From assembly GCA_000004985.1 (NCBI GenBank), contig GG738880.1: a stretch of 64,000 nucleotides of DNA. One strand, 5' to 3'. Of this stretch, positions 55,801 through 64,000 are shown piece by piece. Within the stretch, counting starts at the first letter, position 1. Each line of letters opens with the position of its first letter. The notes below the pieces were generated by a model. That model saw only the letters and a list, made by a program, of their open reading frames with translations, was not told the origin of the DNA and ran no database searches. Source of the stretch: Naegleria gruberi (lineage: Eukaryota). Made by a program: the position numbers and the translations under genes.

Positions 55801-56281
55801 ACAAGATACTGAAATGATTGAAACCATCTCGGATGACAGAGGTTACGACCTCTTTGAACAATTCTGCATCCAAGAATTAGCTACAGAAAATCTCTACCTC
55901 TTGGAATTACTGAGATACAATCCAGAGTTTGTGGAAGGAAGAAGTATGAATGAATTGCCAAACTTTTTAGAAACCATTCATGATTTGTTCATCAAGACTG
56001 GAGCCGTTTCTGAAGTGAATATTCCATCAACAACTAGAAAGAGATTCCTGCAAATGATGAAACTTGTAAAGGAGGAAAAGAAAATGTCAGTTGAAAAGAT
56101 AACTCTTGAAGTTCAGCAATGTTTTGAAGAATTGCATGATCAAGTTTCTGTTAATTTGGGAGATACCTTTTCAAGATTTGTTCTAACAGAAATTTATGAG
56201 CAATACAGGAATCAACGTGCTTTGAAAATGGAATTGGTCAAACAAGCCAATATTGATATTGAATTGGAAAATTTGAAATAA
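49834..56281 (+). CDS. Giant predicted multidomain receptor: signal peptide - Kelch-like repeats - ~27 tandem EGF/tenascin-type repeats - GPS/GAIN-like motif - 7TM - C-terminal RGS domain; 2 exons: 49834..53158, 53208..56281
   Basis: Exon 1 (1108 codons) begins with a signal peptide (MSSTRSIFLQIFITSFIVLFFSSF). Kelch-type motifs follow (LYAFGGND, VYLFGGDS, IYLIGGIS, VYVIGGKNN). About 27 Cys-rich ~31-aa repeats (CSGHGNCV...C.C..GY.G..C) span ~50960-52740. The donor T|GTAATT at 53159 and acceptor TTGACAG ending 53207 (49 nt, phase 1) join to exon 2. Exon 2 has a GPS-like motif CMYWNEEVSMWKSDGCQYSNSSKDSIICQCTHTTKFSTF immediately before seven hydrophobic helices. It ends in an RGS domain (YDLFEQFCIQELATENLYLLELLRY...FLETIHDLFIKTGAVSEVNIPSTTRKRFLQMMK). 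Confidence 0.75.
50960..52740 (+). repeat. Coding tandem repeat array: ~27 EGF/tenascin-like modules (~93-99 nt each)
   Basis: Repeating C-x3-5-C-S/N-G-x-G-x-C protein periodicity (e.g. CSGHGNCVANEYCSCKRGYYGMDCS, CNGKGSCVNSVCQCEQGFYGSECK). The periodic codon usage generates many spurious antisense and off-frame ORFs in the track (51290..51856+, 50801..51274+, 51962..52246+). Confidence 0.8.
53159..53207 (+). other. Spliceosomal intron (49 nt) separating the ectodomain and GPS-7TM-RGS exons
   Basis: GTAATTCTAAATG...TTACTTGACAG. Phase-1 join gives ...SSLFG-C-DSLDSVYNISS... in frame. Confidence 0.7.
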
Positions 56282-56411
56282 ATTTATTACCTTTTTCAGA
56301 ACAATCGACAATAAGAGTATTGTGATAATTATTAATACTTGAAGAATATTAATCTAATTGAGGTTTTAGAAAGAAATGAAGATACACTAAAAATTGTCTT
56401 GGTTTTGACCT

Positions 56412-59400
56412 TTAAAAAAGATCATCTTCTCTTGCTTGTTCAGCTACAAAAATCTTCATCTTCTCCATTACTCTCCTAGAAATATAGAACAAGTGTGTAT
56501 CAGAAAGTCTTTCAAAGAGTGGGGAATTGTACAAGTGTTCCAATAACATGCAAGTTTCTGGGAGAATGCCTTCACCATGTAATTCTTCCAAGCAATATTC
56601 TGTTAATCTGAATATCGAAGTGGCCATGGCAATCTTCTCCTCATCCAAATCTTCATTACTATCAGAAATTACATGTTCAATGAAACTAGAACTGAAGGAC
56701 ATGTATTCAGGGGCAACAAGATCAATATCAATCAAACTAATATAAGCAATAGTAATGCAAACATTTGATAAATATCCAGTAATGTCATCAATAACCTCTT
56801 CAGTTGTGTAAAAGTCCTTATTGGCAAATAATTTCAAAACTCGAATCAATTTTGGAGCCATCTCCTTCATGAACTTGTAAAATCTTTCATCTTTAACACC
56901 CTTTCTACCAGCAGATAGAATAACTCTTCCCAAAGACCATACTGCATTGTGATAGACAATAATCTTCTTTTTCATGATGGAATCATCTTCAAGAGTAGTC
57001 TCCTCATAAAATCTGTCACCTACAACGGCTTCCTTTTTCAAAACCTGAAAGACAAAATCATATAAAAAGTCGTGGGTTGCATCTTGTGGAGTAACCTTGC
57101 CAGTTTCCTTATCAACATCGAATGGACACAAATGGAACAAGTCAGCATTACTCATATTACCAATGGTGTGAACAGCACAATCTCTGGCTCTGTAATTACA
57201 ATGGTTATGGCAAACTCTGACGAATTGTGTGAGGAAGGTGAACATGTCGTGTTTCTGGAAGAGTTCTACAAGAACCTTGCCATCAATATTTCTCATAACA
57301 GCATTAATTGTTGTAGAAAAGGCAGAAATTAAATCTTCAGTCTTGTCAACTTCCTTCAATGTGAAAATATTTTGCATAATTTGCTTCTTTCCATAATCGA
57401 GGAATTTCTCAATAAGATTGGTATCTGAAAAGTGCCTTGTAAATTCCAACGAGTCGTAGAATGAGTCAAAGAGACAAACCACAACAAGGTGATGTTGTCT
57501 CTTCTTTTCTTCTTCAGTGAGATTTTCCAAATCTTCAGGATAAATCAACTCTCCACTTTCACATATCTTTTCAAACAAGTTGGAATATAACTTGTTAAAA
57601 TGTGGTGTGAATCTAGTGTAGGTTCCCTTAGAGTATGATGTTTTGGTAGTGACTATTGGTTGATTGTCATCATCTACGAGAGTAATCTTTCCACTCTCGA
57701 GCTTGTCTGTAACAGCTGTAATAATGACACTGAATTTCACAAAGTTCTGTACAAAGGTCTCGCAAGTTTTCAGAATTTCTAAAATAAAACTCTCCTTCAA
57801 GACTTTCATTTCTGAAATGTAGCTGGCAAGTGAGACACAGGCAGCTTCTCTAATGCTATAGTGACTATCTACAAGCTTTTTAGGCAGCAATTCCATAATT
57901 TCCTTTCTGAAAACATGAATAAACTCAATAATCTCTTTGATTTCATCAGAGGTATCAGCTTGATTGCTAATATGTTCAATTAGACCCCAATTATTCGAGG
58001 CCTCTCCTTCTCTGTTGGTATACAGCTTACTGAAGGCAAATGTGACCAAAATGGCGGTTTGCTTTACTATAATGTCATGAATATCCACTGGTGCTTGTTT
58101 CATTTCTTCCAAAGCATAACGACAGAATGGATCCACAAAATTTTCAATAACAAATTCAACAATTTCATAACTTGGAACAACATTTCCAGTTACTCCACCT
58201 TTTTTCAAGACATCATTAATTATTCAAATTTGTAATTTAACAATATTAAATGAAATATTAAATATGAAATTAACATCAAATGATAAAATTTCTCACATAC
58301 CTCCTAGAGTAATATTAGTTGTGAGCATTTCTCTCACTAGAATACCCACACAATTGTAGGCCTTTTGACGAACAGTCCAACTGACTTTTCCTCTATTTCT
58401 TCCCTCCGTCAGTCGTAAAAGAGGATTTGACACACCGGTTACTTTCAAGTCCTCTAAAAGCATTGGTAACAGAGCTATACAAAGTGGCTTACCAAAGCAA
58501 TTGCACAAGGCTCCTACTACTGTTTGTGAGTGAGCTCGTATGCTGTCCATATTTCTAAGTAGACCCTCTCGAATGTGAGATTGAGTACTCTCATATTCAC
58601 TAAACTCGTAAATTAAAGGAAGGAATGGTTCGAACATATAATCCTTGATGATGTGAGCAATGAATCTCTTCATGTCCTTGATTTGTGCAATTGTAAGATT
58701 GGTTTTGAGTGGATCCGAGAAGGTTGAATGTTGCATTGTTGATGATGGTGTTGTTGTTGTTCTTATTTCATCTAGCTCGTTTGCTCCAACAGTTCTGAAA
58801 CCTCTTCCGTCAAATACATCCTCAAGTTCATCTTCTTCATCTTCGTCGTCTTCATCCTCTTCGTCTTCCTCATCGAGAGCCATTTGTTGATCTTCTCTGT
58901 GAGTTGAAGTAATTGAAGAGATGAATACTCCCCAATAAATTAAGCATTCCTTCAATAGTCTTTCTTCAATGATATTTCTATTCCATTGAGTAATTTCCGA
59001 AGAGGTGGCATTATCGAGAGTGTGTTTTACCTTTCTATCATAGAAATACTTGAGTAGAATGAATTGGAAGAAGGGTAAACTTTGGAAAGTCGATCCCTTC
59101 AATTCTGGTGCTTTCTTCTTCTTGATTGCATTCAAAATTCGCTGTCTATCTGTTAATTTTGGTTTTGGACCAAATTCATGTAAGTATTTAATTCCCCAAG
59201 GTAATAACTCTGTTAAAAAACTAGTAAGGAAATAATACATGAGCATTACCCAATTGGGTATTGAATCATTCTCATTAGTATAAATAACTGTAGCAGCATG
59301 TGTCCTCCACGGAAGAACCTTAAAAGTATTATCCTCTTCCTCTGCCCACTTTTCATAATCATACTCCTTGTAATTATCCATGAATATCTGATAGGATTTT

Positions 59401-59939
59401 TCATATAATTTATAAATCTTACTGTGCAATAGCAAGACATGATTAAATAATGGTTCAAAGAATTCAAAGTCAATATCTTGTCCAAGCTTTATATGATAAA
59501 TAAGATACCTAAAAGATAAAATCATTGTTCTAATATTCAGTACTATTTCATCATCACTCGATTGAAAAAGATTGTCGGTTATTATCAACTCTCTATACTT
59601 TCCTTCCACCTCCAAAAACGACTCCAAAATATTCATTGTCCTTTTTTGTGTCTCATCGACAGACATTTCTTCATGCTTTGAATAGGTCTTATCCTTTTCA
59701 AAAGATACTAGATTTGTTACAAACATCCGATGCTTCTCACTCGGAATGTTGGCTTGCAAATGCTTCACCAGCTTATCAAAAAAGCTTTTAATATCAAACG
59801 TCGTTGATGATGGTGTTGAAGCTTCTTGTTGTTGAGGCATTTTTTTTGTGTTCATCTTCAAATTTTCATATTTTTGAAACGGAAATTTTTTTGTTGAACA
59901 AATATTGCAACAATTTTGAGCGGAATGATTAAATCTCAA
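56412..59939 (-). CDS. Large (~1140 aa) helical-repeat (HEAT/ARM-like) protein with an acidic Asp/Glu tract; 2 exons: complement 58301..59939, 56412..58198
   Basis: Two minus-strand ORFs are joined by a 102-nt intron (minus-strand GTATGTGAGAAATTTT...TCTTGAAAAAAG, plus 58199..58300, phase 1), giving ...NITLG-G-GVTGNVVPSYE.... The product contains a poly-acidic stretch (DEEDEEDEDDEDEEDELED) and repeated helical hairpins (SWTVRQKAYNCVGILVREML). No catalytic motifs. Confidence 0.5.
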
Positions 59940-60361
59940 AGAAAAAATCTCATCCTATTTACAAAGTTTATTGTATTTGATATTAAATTTTTCTTGGAAT
60001 GTTTTAGAAGCCATTAAAGAAGATGTTGTTATTGGCGCACTTTTTTTGGTAACGCTTCCAAATAGCAGTTCGATGTCGCATTTTTCAATTTTTAAAAAAA
60101 TTTATTAAAAAAAATTGATCGAACACATCATCAATAATTTCTCTTTGTTGTTGGAAAATCTTCTTTTTTGATTGTGGCCACAATACACCGACAAACAATA
60201 GCAACAGCAATAGTATATTTAGTAAATTGCAGAGGCTTATAGAAGAATACAACATTATAAGAACAACAACAACAATTTTGGATCTGAAAGAAACAATCTT
60301 TGGATACCAATTATACTAGTAGTAGAATAGATAGTAATTTATTTACATTTTAATCGGAAAG

Positions 60362-63300
60362 ATGAATGATTACGTAGCCAACTATTTAATCAAGAATAAT
60401 TTCATGCTCACTGCATTGGAATTCTATCAAGAACTTTTGGAAGAAGGACAAGAATTAAAACTTTTGAGAGATTACTTTGAAAACAAGGAATATAAGAATG
60501 AACAAGCATCATCATCCAACAGCAATGGTATGATGATTCAAGTCGATTCACAACATACAAAAGCTCTCGAAGAACAATTAAAAAAGAAGGATGAAACCAT
60601 TTCAATGATGGAATACGAAATTAGACTTCTCCAATCAGATATTGCCAAATTAAAAGGTCAAGCAAAGGAAAGTTTTGTTATACCAACAGTAAACAAAACA
60701 GCTAAAGCAAATGAAAACACTGAAGGTAATGAAGATGAAAATGCCGAAGGAAATGATGAACCTACAACACCAAATGTAGATCACAAGATGGCCTCCGAAC
60801 CATTAACAGTACACGAAAAGCAAGTTGTAAATTATCTTGTTAAAGATTACTTGGTTAAACAAGGATATAAAATCAGTGCTATTAGTTTCACTGATGAAGT
60901 ACACGAAATGGACATGTTCAATTTAGATGAAGTTTTATCAAATAGTGATGAAAATGAATTGCCAATAGGTTTGTCATATCTGTATAGACACTATTATAGT
61001 GGAGGTGATAAGACCAAACAAAATATGAAGGACACAAAGGCACTCAGAGAAGCTCTTGCTCAATTGGAACAAAAGGATAAATTGATTCAATCTTTGGAAA
61101 AGTCAATTCAACGTCAAGATAAAGCAATAGAAAAGCTCAAGTCTCAACTTGAATCTAATGCAACATCAGCAACTACTTCAGATGAAACACCACTAAATTC
61201 AAGCACTGATGAATCTAACTCAGTTGTTTCACAAGATGTTATGGTACTTCAAGCCAAACTTAGAGAATTTGAAAATCAAGAATCGAGTATTATTCAAATT
61301 TTGGGTGAAAAACTCCCTGCTCTTTTGGAAACAGCCAAATCAAACAAGAGACAAGAATTCATGCCAATTCTTGTTGCAACCCTCCAATCACACCCAGATG
61401 CCGAAGTGAGAGAAACACTCTCCGAATCTCTATTCAATCTCATCAAGAAACCTGATGATCAACAACGTCAAATGATCATTAATGGATGTATTAGTTTAGC
61501 TAGACGTATTTCTCCAGATAGATTTGAAAAGGAACTTCTCCCTCAATGTTGGAAACAAATTACTCACAAGTATACTGAAAGAAAAATACTGGTTGCTGAG
61601 GCCTGTGGTGAATTATCTCACTACGTAAAGGCCTCTCTGAGACCAACAATGCTCTTGACAACTCTCTTCAAACTCATGGAAGATAAAACTGATGAAGTGA
61701 GAGCTTCAGTTGTTATCAACTTGGCCAAATTAGTCAAGACTTTCACAGAGGAAGAAGATGTTGAAAGTAAGAGTAAATATTTCCAAATCGAAGAAATGAC
61801 ACTCAAATTCCTGTACGATAAGTCAGAAGCTGTTGAAGATGCTGCAACAACACAACTTGTACCATCTCTCATAACATGGTGCTTTACCTTTGATTATTTA
61901 TTTGAAAAGTTTGCTCCAACCCTGTTGAGTAACATTGAGAATTTGATTAAGAAGAGACTCAAGAGTGGATCAAATGCCAGTAGCTCCAAGATTGTTGTCC
62001 TTTTGAGATGTTTCAGTGGTGTCATACCATACATTCTCAAATTAATGACCAAGACAATGCCAGCAGAAATTCACAACTCTGAAAATACCAAGGATGAACA
62101 ATCCATGAAAAAGATTATGGATAAGTATATTGGAGAAACTTCTCTTTCGGATTTGGAAAAGACCAAGTCTGCATCTTGGAAGGGTCTTTACTGGTTACTC
62201 AATGTTTGCACCAGAAGACTCTTATCTGTTGCTGCCTCTGTAAACATTGAACATACCAATGTAAGTATATGGATTTTAATTGTTAATATCAACAATATTT
62301 AAAGATTTCTAAAGAAATTTACACAATTTTCAATGGATTATGTGAAGCATTTGGAGAACCTGTTATTTCAAAGATTTTCGAACAAAAGATTGTTTCCCTC
62401 TTGGAAACAAGCTCAGACACCATCATTGACGGAACTATTGAAGTTGTAAAGAAGGAAAAGGACACTGAAAGAACCAGTGTAACTATTGTAAAGGAAAGAC
62501 TCTTACCAGTGTATATTTGTGGTGTATTACCATTCAGTCCTAAGGAAAGAATTTCTGAAGTACTGAGAACACTCATTATCAATGTATCCATCTCAGAGAG
62601 AACATGGGAAAGCTCACATATGCCATTCTTGTACAATGCCCTTATTAGCGGTGTAACCATGAATGAAAAGCTGAGAAATGACATTCTTACTGTTGTATGC
62701 AAACTTGCTGTTAATCCTTCCAAGGTTGTTCGTTCATCAGTTGCTGATATTTTAACTGAATTAATTGAACCATTGGAATCTGAAATTTTGGCAGCTCAAA
62801 TCTTGCCTGCACTCATTACAGTTGCCTCTGATATGGAATCTGACATTAAGATGAAGGCTGTTAGAGGTTTGGGAATTTTGGCATGTAGTTTGAGTGAAGT
62901 AGCAGATTTTAACAAGCTCTCCACTCAATTTGACATGCTTTTAGATTCTAGAGATAGAAGTATGTTCAAGGAAGTGTTGAACGTTTTTTCAGAAATTATT
63001 CCTCAAGTTGATCCATACTTCCGTGATAGTTTCATGATTAAGAAATTAGTCTGGCTAGGTAAACAAAATAACCAAAATAGTGATTTGAGAGATCGTAGAG
63101 ATACTGCCAATTTATTATTGGACAATTATCGTGCTCTTAATGGATGTATTATGACCGATGAAATTATTTCTGACATTATTGAAGGATTGAAACTCTTGTC
63201 GAATGATTGTGAACTCATTACTGACTCTTCTGTAGCATCATTTGTTTCACAAATGAAAGAAGAATTGGAAGCCATTGTCCAACAACATGCCAAGGAACAA

Positions 63301-63603
63301 ACAAAGGGCTCAACTCTTATTTCATTCTCTGCACTCATTGACAAGATGAAACCAAACATGGAAGGAGGAAGTGGAGCCATGAGTTCTCTTGCCTCTTCCA
63401 CTGCCAGTATTTTAGGATCCAAGGAAAATAATTCTCCAAACAATGCCACATCAACAGCCTCTACAACAGCCAACAATAATCCTTCAAACAACTCGACCAA
63501 TTGGCAAGGTATTGGAAGTGGTAATCCTGGTAAATCAAATGAAGAAGTTAAGGAAAATCTTAAAAAGATCTTTACTTTTGGTTTGGCAGGCAAGAAGCAA
63601 TAA
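60362..63603 (+). CDS. LisH-domain and HEAT-repeat protein (RELCH/KIAA1468-like); 2 exons: 60362..62260, 62305..63603
   Basis: N-terminal LisH motif (DYVANYLIKNNFMLTALEFYQELLEEG) and a second LisH-like motif (QVVNYLVKDYLVKQGYKISAISFTDE). Coiled-coil segments follow, then HEAT repeats (ILVATLQSHPDAEVRETLSESLFNL..., ILVAEACGELSHYV..., DEVRASVVINLAKLV...). The 44-nt intron GTAAGTATATGG...ATATTTAAAG (62261..62304) joins in phase 0 and continues the HEAT repeats (ILPALITVASDMESDIKMKAVRGLGILA). Confidence 0.65.
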
Positions 63604-63690
63604 ACTTTGTTTACTTTCTTCCCAAATCTTGCTTCAAAAAATGTATATTCGGTGCAGATCATTTATGAGAAAGTTTCAATAGTTGTTTTA

Positions 63691-64000
63691 TTATGGCTTG
63701 TCAATTTTAATCTTGTACAATTCCTTGCCATTCTTATCCATTGCAATCATGTAAATGAATGATTTTTGAATTTCCACAGCAAAGAATCCAGAGTCATTGT
63801 AAACATTACTCGAATACTTGTTGTAAACTGTTGGTCTAGTATTCCCAGCTCCTCCTCCAGAGATGACATAGTTTGTAACTTCATTTGGATCCTTAAGCCA
63901 ATTCAAAAAGTGGTCATGTCCTGAAAGATAGAGTGGAAGCTTGTACTTTTTAAAGAGAGGCAAATAATTCTCAATGAGAGTGGTAGTATCTCCGTGTATT
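63691..64000 (-). CDS. Purple acid phosphatase / tartrate-resistant acid phosphatase (metallophosphatase) C-terminal part; gene continues beyond window end
   Basis: The ORF ends ...LPLYLSGHDHFLNWLKDPNEVTNYVISGGGAGN...FFAVEIQKSFIYMIAMDKNGKELYKIKIDKP. It contains the GHDH metal-ligand motif and the type-5 acid phosphatase C-terminal topology. The reading frame is still open at position 64000. Confidence 0.55.
   Translation of the reverse strand, partial: IHGDTTTLIENYLPLFKKYKLPLYLSGHDHFLNWLKDPNEVTNYVISGGGAGNTRPTVYNKYSSNVYNDSGFFAVEIQKSFIYMIAMDKNGKELYKIKIDKP

Noticed and set aside
58660-58890. Plus-strand 76-aa ORF ending in poly-Ser
   Set aside because: It is antisense to the poly-acidic DEEDEEDEDDEDEED tract of the minus-strand gene (GAA/GAT repeats read as TCT/TCA on the other strand). 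It is an artefact of the low-complexity repeat.
1-64000. Prokaryotic-style features (operons, RBS, CRISPR arrays, integrases, IS elements)
   Set aside because: None seen. Genes are interrupted by GT-AG introns and lie on alternating strands, and there are no direct-repeat/spacer arrays. The only tandem repeats are protein-coding (EGF modules) or short intronic AT-rich repeats.

Overview
This window is eukaryotic nuclear DNA, not prokaryotic. It has long ORFs interrupted by short spliceosomal introns with GTAAGT/GTATGT/GTAACA donors and YAG acceptors, roughly one-third GC, Asn/Gln/Ser/His-rich low-complexity coding tracts, and TAA/TAG/TGA all used as stops. There are no operons, rRNA, CRISPR arrays or obvious transposons. 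The gene content and compactness fit a free-living amoeboid protist such as a Naegleria-like heterolobosean or an amoebozoan, but I cannot verify that from sequence alone. I find about 27 protein-coding genes on both strands. Convergent genes end 11-53 bp apart, and at least eleven genes need introns that I reconstructed by joining adjacent ORF-track fragments in frame.

The locus is dense in signal-transduction genes:
- a receptor-like Ser/Thr kinase with a Chlamydia-Pmp-like GGA[IV]/FxxN repeat ectodomain
- a two-TM class III nucleotidyl cyclase
- a GAF-containing hybrid histidine kinase with a receiver domain
- a PPP-family phosphatase and a dual-specificity phosphatase
- a ceramide/sphingosine-kinase-like lipid kinase
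- an F-box-Rab-like GTPase fusion
- a Zn2Cys6 transcription-factor-like protein

The most striking gene is a ~2,100-aa predicted receptor at 49834..56281. It combines a signal peptide, Kelch-like repeats, ~27 tandem EGF/tenascin-type repeats, a GPS/GAIN-like motif, seven TM helices and a C-terminal RGS domain.

Housekeeping genes include a p47/Shp1-like SEP-UBX protein, a CCR4/nocturnin-like EEP nuclease, a cytosolic carboxypeptidase, coronin, a quinone oxidoreductase, a LisH+HEAT (RELCH-like) protein and a partial purple acid phosphatase.

Coordinates of manually derived splice junctions may be off by 1-2 nt.
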